Shown here: piece by piece, positions 41,310-53,900 of the stretch | Position numbering within the stretch: position 1 is the first letter of the stretch | Layout of the letters: each line of letters starts with the position of its first letter | DNA from: Eledone cirrhosa | Lineage: Eukaryota | Assembly (NCBI GenBank): GCA_964016885.1 | Contig: OZ024744.1 | Location: 38,936,001-39,000,000 of the forward strand | Direction of reading: 5' to 3' | DNA length: 64,000 bases | Translations under genes and position numbers: made by a program | The notes under the pieces: generated by a model | What the model was told of the DNA's origin: nothing | What the model saw: only the letters and a program-made list of their open reading frames with translations | Database searches by the model: none

Positions 41310-44300
41310 CCCTTCGCCTCTTTTCATGGGGGTACCAATACAGAACTTGATTATCCCGTATCTCACTTGGTAGTCGTGTGACATGTCCCAACTAGTCAAG
41401 TCGACGTTTGTACATGTTGTTGGTGGGTATTTTGGTTGACTTCTTTGTTGGTGAGGAATACATCCGACCCGATGCCAAGGATTTTCTGTAATTGATTCTC
41501 TTCGATAATCTTCACACTCCCCGTTCCACATCCTAGCGTTGAAGGCACATTGTTGTAAAATCTCATCTTAGTATCAAGTGTTTGCTTCGCCGGGTTGCTT
41601 AAAGGCAGCTGAAACTTTACCTGTTCAGCAATTGATTTGTTTCTTCATGTCCCCACTTTTGTTGATAGAGTTTCTGAGGTAGGTGAAGTCATCCATAACC
41701 TCCACAGCCTTCTGATTGATACAAATGTTTATTAGTGACGAATGTATACCAATTAAGCATGTTCTTGGTCTTTTTGAAATGCTGGCTGCAGATGGCCCTA
41801 TCTCATCCATCAGATACTGCAACTCGGATGTAGTTTTTCTCATGGCCGGAATATCGTCTGCAAAGTTAAGGTCCGGGAGCTTCTATTCCTCTAATCAGTC
41901 AATCCTCTTATCATCTGTTGCTCATTTGAGAATCCAGTTGATAGCCAAAACAAAGAGAATCGGGGCAGTGGGCATCCTTGGTGGACTCCCGTGATGACCT
42001 CAAACAAATCAGGCTAGCCATCCTCAGTTCTTACACAGCATATTGAACTAGTATGTAAATCCTTGATGGCTGAGGCAACCTTGGATGGTATGCCATAAGA
42101 TCGCATAATGTTCCATAAGGATGGTCTGTGTAGTCTATCAAATGCTGTAGTAAAGTTAATGAATGTAATGGCAAGTGGTACTTACAATTCATTATATGTC
42201 TCGGTGATGCGTCGTAGAGTAAATATTTGATCAGCACAGGAGCAATTTGGGTCGAAATCCAACTTGTTGCAAGACATAATCGACTGTCTCTTTCGTTTGA
42301 TTCAGGATAAGCTGGTGGTACACCTTTTCTGGTATGGTTAGAAGTATTATTCCATTCTGCAAGATTACCATTTTGGAGGATGTAGGCAACTGTTCCGTTC
42401 TTCCAGTCCTCTGGTATCTCACATGTATTCCAGATCTGGTTGCATAACTGACACATCCATGTGGTGACGCATTCCCTTCTGCCTTTGAGCATCTCTGCAG
42501 TGACGCCATTCATACTTGGTGACTTATTGTTGTTTAGGGTGTTGATGGCCTTCCGTATTTCTTCCACTGAGACGTCGCCTGTGTTAATTGGAAGATAAGA
42601 GAATTATTCGGTTACTGCTAGAGGGTCAAGCTCAGGTCAGTTTAGTACTTCCTTGAAGTGCTCTACCCATTTCGCAAGTTTATCTTCATCTTTGGACATC
42701 TGGGTTCCATCCTTTGCTTGGAAATCTGATATACAGCACACTTATCATTTCGTTTAGTAGTGACCTCTGCTTCTTCAGCTTGTCTCTCTATCCACAAACG
42801 ATTTTCTTTTTGAGCACTGTGTTTTACTGCTTTATGTGTTTCAACATATTTCTGTAACACTCTGCGGTCCTCATCGGTGTTCTTTGATATAGAACATTTG
42901 TTTCCTGAATTAGTTGCCAGTTGTCGTCAGTAATCCATGCTTCCCTGGTGAGTTTCTGGTACCACAGTATTTCTTCACAAGCTGTTGTCATTCCTGGTGG
43001 AATTACTTCTAAGGCAGAGAACTTGTTTTGAAAAACTGCTACCAACTTGGTGGCTGTCATAGAGTCTTTTGGTTTGGTGCTGTCAAACCTACTATGTCTT
43101 GTTCTTTTGCCTCCTCAGTTTGATCTTAATTTTATCAATGATTATGTAGTGGTCGCTGCTGACATCGGCGCCTCGATATACACTAACATCTTGCAAACAG
43201 AGTCCTCTCTATTCAGGTCCAATCACTAAGTAGTCTATCTGGGCCTTTGTCTTATGGTTGCTGGAAGTCCAGGTGATCTTATGGAAAGACTTATGTTCAA
43301 AGAGGGATGATCTGATATTCATGTCGTTCATTGCACAGAAATAGATGAATCTATTCCTAATGTCTGTGGTTACCAAGCCCATAAAGACCCAGGACATGCT
43401 CAAACGAGTTTCAACCTCCACCAATCTGAGCATTTATATCCCTCATGATGATGGCAATATCATGACGGGGTGTCATGTTGACTGCATTCTGGAGTTGTTG
43501 ATAGAATGCATCCTTGTCTACATCTTCATGTTAATTTGTAGGAGCATAGCACTGCATTATGCTGACTTTAATGTGTTAGTTGACAAACCTTTACATCAAA
43601 AGTCATTCGTTTATGAGGTTCACTCCTCAAGGACCCCATTTGCTAACTTATCCAAAATAAGGGCCACTCCAGCTTGATGTACTCCATATTGATGTCCTGA
43701 AAACAAAAAAATGCCTTTTCCGATGATCGAAAGCTTCTTGTATCAGCCCAACAGATCACAATGAGGTCTAATATATTTAGATTATAGGACTCCATTTCCT
43801 CGATGACTTGAGCCACTTTGGGTGATTGGTACATTGTTCATACGTTCCAGTACCTAATACATGTGAGATTTCAGAGTGGCAGCTTCTTCAGAGAAGCTTT
43901 CTCTGTCATCCGTCATGCTGTTTCCAGGCGAAGACGACTTTCATCCTGACTACTTTCGGTTCGTTACAATTTGAACTCTTTTTGTAACAAAGGATTTTTT
44001 TTTACGAGAGTAAGTTGCTAGCCTTCAGCCCAACCACTTTCAATTAGTGTAGAGGCTGTTAGTGGGAATCATCTCATAGAAAGTTACATTTAACCTATAG
44101 ACGAAGGGCAAGGGCTTTTCGGATGACCTTGACTCGCCACAAGTCCCTCGTAGGGTATTTGCGCCATTTTGTAGACGAGAAACTGCCAGATTTCAGGTCA
44201 CCGCATACGAGGGGCCTGCCGCTGTGATGTCCGTGACTGCTTATTCGTGAATCTGGTGATGTCTTATTTCGCATCATACCATCAAACTGATGCATTGCAC

Positions 44301-44340
44301 CCTATCAGCTGCCTAGGGATGAAGTTTAAGGCGTACAGTA
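41310..44340 (-). pseudogene. Near-full-length decayed RTE-clade LINE
   Basis: APE remnants MYQSPKVAQVIEEMESYNLNIL and TWTSSNHKTKAQIDYL; RT remnants NKSPSMNGVTAEMLK, QVGFRP and FTYL; many stops and frameshifts. Confidence 0.82.
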
Positions 44341-44727
44341 AATATTTACACATATATGTACGGATATACACTCACAACTCTTAAAACGCTGGTTCACCTC
44401 GCTCGTCACTCTTCTTCACACACTATCATTCCCATTCATTATCACTTCGACGAGATTTGAAATCAGAACGCAAAGGGCCATAACTCTATGCAGCAAAGTT
44501 TAGTGTATCTTTTTCCAGTTTTTATTTATTGCAATGAAAATATAAACAATTTAGTTTCAATGAATGTATGAAGCAGCAACTTCATGTAACAAAATAATTA
44601 TTACCATTACCTACCAGTAACATGATGGATAAAATATATATATGATTTTGTGGGTACTCTTTTTCCAATATTTTATTACAAGCATATACACGTAAAACAC
44701 TACCATTTGTATATATGGATATATATC

Positions 44728-44732
44728 TAGAG

Positions 44733-44801
<69 letters not shown>

Positions 44802-44833
44802 TATAGATAGATAGATAAATAGATAGATAGATA
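44728..44833. repeat. (GATA)n tract at the 3' end of Tx1 copy A
   Basis: Direct reading; begins with the variant TAGAGAGATAG. Confidence 0.95.
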
Positions 44834-45073
44834 TGTTTCTTTATTAGCCACAGTGGCACAAAAGAAGGGGACAAATACAAAGGGGGAAGTTTACATACAA
44901 TAAAAACGTGTAAAATGTTATCACAAATGGAATTTAAAAAGTTAGTCGATTTTCCCCCAATAGAGGGAGACAGTTTATATGGGTAACACACACCCCTGAA
45001 AAAATGTGCAACCCTCATCTCCAGGAGTACGAAGAGCTTGTACTCCTTTCCTCTCCTCCTCCTTTTCCTCAAC

Positions 45074-48000
45074 CTACAGGCTGATATAGAGAGAAGTCCC
45101 ATTCACTCGGGCCATTCTCGCTACTTTCACCCACCTTTCATAAAACTTGCTGGGGTACAGCACCTCTCTCTCCATCCTCATTCTTCTTCCAAAGTGGTAT
45201 TTGAAAAAAAGAATCAGTTGTTAGCCGGAGAGAAAGTTGTCTGACCTCAGCCCTTTCAACCTTGTCCACCATACAACCTCTTTCGCTATAGCTATCACAC
45301 AAAGGAAAACCGCCTCTCCTTCGTTTTTGAAGGAGGGTGGCGGTTTGATCATGACAATGGACTCGGTGGTCAACCGGATTGGTCCCATCCGGGACAATAG
45401 TCGTTCTACATAGCCCCACAGGTCAGTGACGCCCGGGCACTGTATGAATGCGTGCGCGACGGTTTCTTCGTCCCGCACGCACCTCGGACAGATCTTTTTT
45501 GCAGGGTCCCTGCCCGGGCGCCCATGTCTGTAGAGCTTGTCTCAAACTGGTAGAGCTCCTCGGTAGCACTGCCAGGCCAGGGACTTTTGGAAGTTGTCCA
45601 TCGGTCCCGGGCGGAAGGTCCTACCGAACAGACTGGCCAGTTCATCTTCCTCTACGCCTAGAGTATCACCGAGCGCGTCGTCGCACTTGCTGCGGATCAA
45701 CCCTCTATAGAATGACGAAGTGGAGTCTCCACTGATCGCCGGGTCCGCCTGCCAGAGGGCTGTGAGCGCCTGAGCACATTCGATGTGCCAGTCGCCCATT
45801 TTCCTCGGTCTTTGCTTGACCCAGGACTGCAGCTCGGTCAGCGAGACGAGTCGTGGGAAGGCTCGCCTCACGAACGGGACCCACACCGGTTGTCGGGTGA
45901 GGAATACGTAGAGATGCCGCAGCCTGAGCGCGTATTTGCGCATCGTCAACCACGGCATCCCCAGCCCTCAGTTAGAAGGGTGTTGGCAGCAGATGGATCT
46001 TCTCACCAAAGGAGCCCGCCTCTTCCAAAGGAATCGGAAGAGCGCGCGCTCCATTTTGGCGAGCGTTTTGGCTGGACAAGGCACGACGGTGAAGCGGTAG
46101 TAGATGGCGGACGCTATGAAAGTGTTCGCCACCTCCGCTCGACCTTTCAAGGATAGTTGGCACTCGGCCCACTTCGGGTGAGTGCAAACACCTTGGCCGT
46201 CACTTCGTTCCAGTTCTTCTCCACCTGGAGGTCCGGACCAAACCAGACCCCGAGCAGCTTTACCGGTCTTTCCGTCCTGCGTCCGACGACGCCATCGGAA
46301 AGCATCGGTTTGCTTCTCCACGATCCGAGTTGCAAACCGATGGACTTGTCCCGGTTCAGCTTCGCTCCTGTGAAACTTTCGTATTCCTTCAGTAAGGTGG
46401 CGACTTCCTCGATTTGCGAGGTGCTCGACACCATTACTGTTACGTCGTCGGCGTAGGCCGACGCCGCTTTCCGCAGTCCCGGTTCCAGAGGGATGCCCTG
46501 CAATAGCTCCAACTTCCGCAGTAGTGGCTCGAGAGTCAGTACGTACAGAAGGGAGGAGAGAGGGCATCCCTGTCGAATGGATCGCGTAATATGGAACGGC
46601 TCCGAGAGGTAGCCGTACACCTTGACCCTTGAGCAGATGTTGCTGTTGTGCATTGCAGCAATCCAGCCCCTGAACACGGGTCCGAAGCCTGCCGCCTCGA
46701 GCACCGCATCCAGGTAACGATGGTCAACCCTATCGAAAGCCTTAGACTGATCCAAGTTGATCAGGGCCCCACCGAAGCCGGGTTTAGACCCTACCCTCTC
46801 TATGATGTATCGCATGAGGTGGAGGTTGTCGTGTATGGACCTGGTCGGGATTGCGCATGTCTGCGCTTCTCCCACCAGGTTCTCGACGACAAGCGCCAGC
46901 CTCTTTGCCAACACCTTGGCCAAAATCTGTAACTCTGTGTTTAGCAGAGTTATGGGCCGGAAGTTGCCTATGTCATCCCCCTTATTCTTGTCCTTCCTGA
47001 TTAGTGTGACCACGCCCCCGGTTACAGAACTGGGAATTCTCCCGTTCTGTTGCCAGTTGCAGTAGACCGCTTCCAGGAGACCGGAGAATAATCCGGCATT
47101 GCTACGTAAAATTCGTAGGGTAGACCGTCGAGACCTGGAGATTTGCGTTTGCCGCATTGGCTCAGCGCGTCCCCTATCTCAGCGGCTGAAATCGGCTTTT
47201 CGCAGAACTTTGCCTCGCTGTCCGAGAGTCGCGGTAGGCCGTAGAGGTATGGACCGAAATCCATAGCACCTCCCGGCGCGCCGCCCCTCCCGAACAGTTG
47301 AGCAAAGTGCCGCTGAAAAGCCGCACACATCTGCTTCGGCTCACGTATCACGCGTCCGTTTTGGTCCTTCAAAGACCGAATCGTGGACTTGTTGCCACTT
47401 TTTGCCTCCGTCACTCGGGCCCAGCTAACAGCTTTGACTCCCTCGTTTCCCAGGGCACGTATTTTGCTTCTGACAACGCAGCCCTCGTGCTTTGCGTCAA
47501 AGAACTGGTCCAAGGCCGTTCTCGTTGCTAGCACGCTGGCTACGTTGCCACTTCTAATTGCCTCTTCTACTTTATCTACCAGTTGATTCTCGGTTCTATT
47601 TCTATCTAACGCTAATTCTTTACTAAAAACTATCGAGTCTAATCTAACTGCCCTCTTGAGAGAGTACCACCATCTGTTGTTGACAATGGCCCCTGTCAAG
47701 TGCTGTTTAACTAAAGTGCTAATCCGTCTACTGTAGGCTTTGCTTGTCGGTAACGACAAGTTCAGCTTCCAGTAGCCGGGTCCTTGTCTATGGGTTCTAT
47801 CAATGTTGGCCATGCAGGTCACTAGTTTGTGATCTGAATAGGCAACCATGAACATTTGTGGACAGCTTAACATGTCCCTATCCTTATTTCTAACTAGAAC
47901 CCTATCTAGGTACGATCTAGATGTTCCGCTACGCTTACTCCACGTCCACAGTGGCGCAGTCGGAAAATCTAGTCGATATCTATCGGCCAGGTCAAATCGG

Positions 48001-48509
48001 TCGATTAACTGTTTGAGGCTGTTACACCCCCCTTTATCGGGACATGCTCCCACATAGTCCCAACGTGCATCTAGGATTCCATTCCAGTCCCCCACTAAAA
48101 GCAAGGAGCGGGACGTTCCCAGAAAAGTCTCTAGACGTTTGAAGAAGTCTGGCCGCGGTGTCCCGGATGGGGCATATGCGGCCACCAGCCTGAACGCTCC
48201 ACCTTCACTACCGTCAACGTCTAGGACCACCAGTCGACCCTCCGGGTTCAGATGTACCGTCTGTGTTACGAGGCCCAGGTGTTTCCGCAGCAAAACGGCA
48301 ACTCCGCCCCCACCCCCCTGTTGACAGAGAGATGCGTAGATCTCAAAGTCATCGAAGATGGGGGCCAGTTGTCGCTCGCCGTGGATCCTGGACTCGCAAA
48401 TGGCTACCACATCCAAACTGTGCGACCTGAGGTCGTTTAAGAGTTTGCCCTGTTTCCAGGGCATCCCCAGGCCGCGTACGTTCACACATCCAACTCTTAT
48501 ATTGGCCAT
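45074..48509 (-). pseudogene. Tx1 ORF2 copy A (APE-RT-zf), broken by several indels and stops
   Basis: ORF pieces 47022-48509, 46147-47157, 45542-45958 and 45221-45478 match the intact 1145-aa ORF of copy B nearly residue for residue. Confidence 0.92.
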
Positions 48510-48542
48510 GTTGGTGCTGAAAAGTTAAAAGAGGAAAAGAGA

Positions 48543-50459
48543 TCACTCACCCTTCGCCTCCTGGGGACCAGGCCGCACGATTTCCATGGGGGTGTTGGAG
48601 GGGTTGTCTGGATGGGTGGTGGTTTCCGGCGGGGTGGGGACGCAGATGTTTGGTGGGGTGGGGTCTGGTGGGATGGGGGTGTCTGAGGTGGGGAGGCATT
48701 TGAGAAGGACGCGGTTGAGTGGTTTCACGCAGGAATTCCCCACATCCTTCTCAAATGTTTCTTTTAGGGACCTATAAGTTTGTATAGGGACCCTAATCAG
48801 TTTTAGGTTCAGTTTTTTGCTATTTTTTATAGAGTGGGCGAAAGTTTTCCCTTCGGTGAAAACCGAAGGGTCGTTCGTGATGGTCTCCATTAGTGTTTTG
48901 TTTTCAGTGTTTATGTAAGTGTAAGTGTAATTTTCTTGTGTTGTGTTTGTTTTTGTCTGTAGTTCTTGTGTGTGCTTTCGTTTTGTTGTAGGTATTTTGT
49001 TTTCAGGAGGTGGGGGTTTTGTTTGTGATGTTTTTGTTGTTTGTGTTGGTGGTTGTATGTTTGTGGTAGTGTTTGCTGGTTTTTTGCTTTTGTGATGTCT
49101 TTTCTTTCTTTTCGAGCGATGGGGTTCTCCCTCGTCTTCACTGGGTGATGGCGAGATAGCCTCATCTGTTGTATCGTCTGTGTGATTGGGGAGGGGTATG
49201 TCTTGGGGAGCTGTTGTGTCTGTATGTGATTTTGCAGTGGTTTTAGGTGGAGTGGGGTTGGGTGGGACTGTGTTTGTTGTGGTTATTTTTGTGTGTTGGT
49301 GTTGTTGTTGTTGTGGTGGTGTTGGTGGTTGTGTTGTTTTGATGGGTGTCGGCAGAAGAGCCTTTTTTGGGTTCATTAGTTTAGGACAGGAAGCCCTCAG
49401 GTGACCCCTGCTAAAGCAATGGTAACATGAAGGCCGCCTACCCTCAACCGAAAGGTTTATGTAGGTGAGTCCGTCCAGGAGTACACGTTGTGGGATCATA
49501 GCTATTCGGTCTGGGCTCATTTGCACCAGAACTTCAATGCTAGTCCCATTGAATACATCTCTGGGGGACTTGCCTACTGACAGTATTCTGTCTTCATCAA
49601 AATTGATGAAGCCGCACAGTATCCACCATATGTTCACTTTTGGTGTGACACTTGTGATTCTGATCTTTTGTGTCCTTTTTCCCATGTATGTAGGGAAAAA
49701 GGTGTACAGGTTGGATACAATTGGCGACACAGAGTAATTTTGGGCCGTCAATTGATCCTTCATCAGTACCGAAATACTCCCAAAAAGTTTGCTTCTTTGA
49801 ATGAATGCAATATCATTCATTGAATCTTTGAAAACCAGTTCAATATCTTTCTGTGACAATTGGACTGGTTTTCGGGTAGAATTGGAAACTGTCCTAAAAA
49901 CTATCGTTTTGAGAGCAGTTTCCTTGCGAATTTCTACCGGAGAATTGATGCTGAAAGCACCATTTTTTTCGAAGGTGACATATCTCTTAGCGTCCTTTAA
50001 AAGGTGTTCAGCATTTGTTATGTCGAGATATATCAATTGTTCTTTCTTTTGAACTTTCTCCGCAAAGGAGATTTTTGGTTTCTTTGTGGAATCCGTATTG
50101 GTGGTGTTGTCATTATTGTTGTTATTCTTGTTGTTATTCTTGTTGTCACCGATGTTGGTATCATCCGTATTTTCCTTGGTGTTGTTGTTGTCTTTGATGC
50201 TGGTGTTATTGGCGTTGTCTTTATTTTTTTCTTTGTTGTTGTTATCATTGTTGCTTTTATCATCATTATTGGTTTTGCTGTTATTTTTGTTGTCATTGAG
50301 CTGTTTGGTGTCATTTGTGTTGTTTGGATGTGAATTCGTTTTTTTATTTTCATTTTGTCTTTCCATCTCTATAGTATCTAGTGAAGAAGACGTTGTTGAC
50401 TGCGAGCTTTGTAGTCTTACCGCCTCTCCACCACCATTATCGTTGGACGCAGCGTTCAT
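48543..50459 (-). CDS. Tx1 ORF1 (gag-like, CCHC zinc knuckle), 638 aa
   Basis: Open 638 aa; ISFAEKV motif; CYHCFSRGHLRASC (CX2CX4HX4C); N- and P/T-rich disordered flanks; directly upstream of ORF2. Confidence 0.9.
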   Translation of the reverse strand: MNAASNDNGGGEAVRLQSSQSTTSSSLDTIEMERQNENKKTNSHPNNTNDTKQLNDNKNNSKTNNDDKSNNDNNNKEKNKDNANNTSIKDNNNTKENTDDTNIGDNKNNNKNNNNNDNTTNTDSTKKPKISFAEKVQKKEQLIYLDITNAEHLLKDAKRYVTFEKNGAFSINSPVEIRKETALKTIVFRTVSNSTRKPVQLSQKDIELVFKDSMNDIAFIQRSKLFGSISVLMKDQLTAQNYSVSPIVSNLYTFFPTYMGKRTQKIRITSVTPKVNIWWILCGFINFDEDRILSVGKSPRDVFNGTSIEVLVQMSPDRIAMIPQRVLLDGLTYINLSVEGRRPSCYHCFSRGHLRASCPKLMNPKKALLPTPIKTTQPPTPPQQQQHQHTKITTTNTVPPNPTPPKTTAKSHTDTTAPQDIPLPNHTDDTTDEAISPSPSEDEGEPHRSKRKKRHHKSKKPANTTTNIQPPTQTTKTSQTKPPPPENKIPTTKRKHTQELQTKTNTTQENYTYTYINTENKTLMETITNDPSVFTEGKTFAHSIKNSKKLNLKLIRVPIQTYRSLKETFEKDVGNSCVKPLNRVLLKCLPTSDTPIPPDPTPPNICVPTPPETTTHPDNPSNTPMEIVRPGPQEAKGE

Positions 50460-50677
50460 AACGTAATCAAAATTTTACAATATTTTTTTCCAAGATTCGA
50501 TGGAGAAAAATTTTTTAAATGGATATTCCGCCCCTGAAGGGGCGAAAATGAGTTGACCCACCACCTGAAGGTCCAGACGGGGGGTCAAGTTACACAATGA
50601 TATAAAATTGAACTAAAAACTCACGTTTTTTTCTTACATAAATTAACGGAAACTTCTCCGCGAAGTGACACACGACT

Positions 50678-50684
50678 GATAGAG

Positions 50685-50717
<33 letters not shown>

Positions 50718-50720
50718 TAT
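50678..50720. repeat. (GATA)n spacer between copies A and B
   Basis: Direct reading; contains TAGAGAGATAG at 50680. Confidence 0.95.
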
Positions 50721-50956
50721 TTCTTTATTAGCCACAGGGGCACAAAAGAAGGGGACAAATACAAAGGGGGAAGTTTACATACAATAAAAACGTGTAAAAT
50801 GTTATCACAGATGGAATTTAAAAGTTAGTCGATTTTCCCCAATAGAGGGAGACAGTTTATATGGGTAACACAGACCCCCGAAAAAAATGTGCAACCCTCA
50901 TCTCCAGGAGTACGAAGAGCTTGTACTCCTTTCCTCTCCTCCTCCTTTTCCTCAAC

Positions 50957-53900
50957 CTACAGGCTGATATAGAGAGAAGGCCCATTCACTCGGGCCATTC
51001 TCGCCACTTTCACCCACCTTTCATAAAACTTGCTGGGGTACAGCACCTCTCTCTCCATCCTGATTCTTCTTCCAAAGTGGTATTTGAAAAAAAGAATCAG
51101 TTGTTGGCCGGAGAGAAAGGTGTCTGACCTCAGCCCTTTCAACCTTGTCCACCATACAACCTCTTTCGCCATAGCTATCACACAAAGGAAAACCGCCTCT
51201 CCTTCGTTTTTGAAGGAGGGTGGCGGTTTGATCATGACAATGGACTCGGTGGTCAACTGGATTGGTCCCACCCGCGACAATAGTCGTTCCACATAGCCCC
51301 ACAGGTCAGTGACGCCCGGGCAGTGTATGAATGCGTGCGCGACGGTTTCTTCGTCTCGCACGCACCTCGGACAGATCTTTTTTGCAGGGTCCCTGCCCGG
51401 GCGCCCATGTCTGTAGAGCTTGTCTCGAACTGGTAGAGCTCCTCGGTAGCACTGCCAGGCCAGGGACTTTTGGAAGTTGTCCATCGGTCCCGGGCGGAAG
51501 GTCCTACCGAACAGACTGGCCAGTTCATCTTCCTCCACGCCTAGAGTTTCACCGAGCGCGTCGTCGCACTTGCTGCGGACCAACCCTCTATAGAATGACG
51601 AAGTGGAGTCTCCACTGATCGCCGGGTCCGCCTGCCAGAGGGCTGTGAGCGCCTGAGCACATTCGATGTGCCAGTCGCCCATTTTCCTCGGTCTCTGCTT
51701 GACCCAGGACTGCAGCTCGGTCAGCGAGACGAGTCGTGGGAAGGCTCGCCTCACGAACGGGGCCCACACCGGTTGTCCGGTGAGGAATACGTAGAGATGC
51801 CGCAGCCTGAGCGCGTGTTTGCGCATCGTCAACCACGGCATCCCCAGCCCTCCGTTAGAAGGGTGTTGGCAGCAGATGGATCTTCTTACCAAAGGAGCCC
51901 GCCTCTTCCAAAGGAATCGGAAGAGGGCGCGCTCCATTTTGGCGAGCGTTTTGGCTGGACAAGGCACGACGGTCAAGCGGTAGTAGATGGCGGACGCTAT
52001 AAAAGTGTTCGCCACCTCCGCTCGACCTTTCAAGGATAGTTTGCACTCGGCCCACTTCTGGGTGAGTGCAAACACCTTGGCCGTCACTTCGTTCCAGTTC
52101 TTCTCCACCTGGAGGTCCGGACCAAACCAGACCCCGAGCAGCTTTACCGGTCCTTCCGTCCAGCGTCCGACGACGCCATCGGAAGGCATCGGTCTGCCTC
52201 TCCACGATCCGAGTTGCAAACCGATGGACTTGTCCCGGTTCAGCTTCGCTCCTGTGAGACTTTCGTATTCCTTTAGTAAGGTGCCGACTTCCTCGATTTG
52301 CGAGGCGCTCGACACCATTACTGTCACGTCGTCGGCGTAGGCCGACGCCGCTTTCCGCAGTCCCGGTTCCAGAGGGATGCCCTGCAATAGCTCCAGCTTC
52401 CGCAGTAGTGGCTCGAGAGTCAGTACGTACAGAAGGGAGGAGAGAGGGCATCCCTGTCGAATGGATCGCGTAATATGGAACGGCTCCGAGAGGTAACCGT
52501 TCACCTTGACCCTTGAGCAGATGTTGCTGTTGTGCATTGCAGCAATCCAGCCCCTGAACACGGGTCCGAAGCCTGCCGCCTCGAGCACCGCATCCAGGTA
52601 ACGATGGTCAACCCTATCGAAAGCCTTAGACTGATCCAAGTTGATCAGGGCCCCACCGAAGCCGGGTTTACACCCTACCCTCTCTATGATGTATCGCATG
52701 AGGTGGAGGTTGTCGTGTATGGACCTGGTCGGGATCGCGCATGTCTGCGCTTCTCCCACCAGGTTCTCGACGACAAGCGCCAGCCTCTTTGCCAACACCT
52801 TGGCCAAAATCTGTAACTCTGTGTTTAGCAGAGTTATGGGCCGGAAGTTGCCTATGTCATCCCCCTTATTCTCGTCCTTCCTGATTAGTGTGACCACGCC
52901 CCCGGTTACAGAACTGGGAATTCTCCCGTTCTGTTGCCAGTTGCAGTAGACCGCTTCCAGGAGACCGGAGAATAAGTCCGGCATTGCTACGTAAAATTCG
53001 TAGGGTAGACCGTCGAGACCTGGAGATTTGCGTTTGCCGCATTGGCTCAGCGCGTCCCCTATCTCAGTGGCTGAAATCGGCTTTTCGCAGAACTTCGCCT
53101 CGCTGTCCGAGAGTCGCGGTAGGCCGTCGAGGTATGGACCGAAATCCATAGCCTCTCCCGGCGCGCCGCTCCCCCCGAACAGCCGAGCAAAGTGCCGCTG
53201 AAAAGCCGCACACATCTGCTTCGGCTCACGTATCACGCGTCCGTTTTGGTCCTTCAAAGACCGAATCGTGGACTTGTTGCCACTTTTTGCCTCCGTCACT
53301 CGGGCCCAGCTAACAGCTTTGGCTCCCTCGTTTCCCAGAGCACGTATTTTGCTTCTGACAACGCAGCCCTCGTGCTTTGCGTCGAAGAACTGGTCCAAGG
53401 CCGTTCTCGTTGCTAGCACGCTGGCTACGTTGCCACTTCTAATAGCCTCTTCTACTTTATCTACCAGTTCCTTCTCGGTTCTATTTCTATCTAACGCTAA
53501 TTCTTTACTAAAAACTATCGAGTCTAATCTAACTGCCCTCTTGAGAGAGTACCACCATCTGTTGTTGACAATGGCCCCTGTCAAGTGCTGTTTAACTAAA
53601 GTGCTAATCCGTCTACTGTAGGCTTTGCTTGTCGGTAACGACAAGTTCAGCTTCCAGTAGCCGGGTCCTTGTCTATGGGTTCTATCAAGGTTGGCCATGC
53701 AGGTCACTAGTTTGTGATCTGAATAGGCAACCATGAACATTTGTGGACAGCTTAACATGTCCCTATCCTTATTTCTAACTAGAACCCTATCTAGGTACGA
53801 TCTAGATGTTCCGCTACGATTACTCCACGTCCACAGTGGCGCAGTCGGAAAATCTAGTCGATATCTATCGGCCAGGTCAAATCGGTCGATTAACTGTTTG

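Larger units (their letters stand above)
44834..50677 (-). mobile_element. Tx1-clade non-LTR retrotransposon copy A, full length
   Basis: 5' UTR starting AGTCGTGTG, ORF1, ORF2 (disrupted), and a 3' UTR ending GGCTAATAAAGAAA then (TATC)n. Confidence 0.92.

Noticed and set aside
48517-48550. 34-nt mini-intron fusing ORF1 to ORF2 (GTGAGT...ttttcag)
   Set aside because: It is very short, gives an out-of-frame fusion, and copy C lacks the AG.
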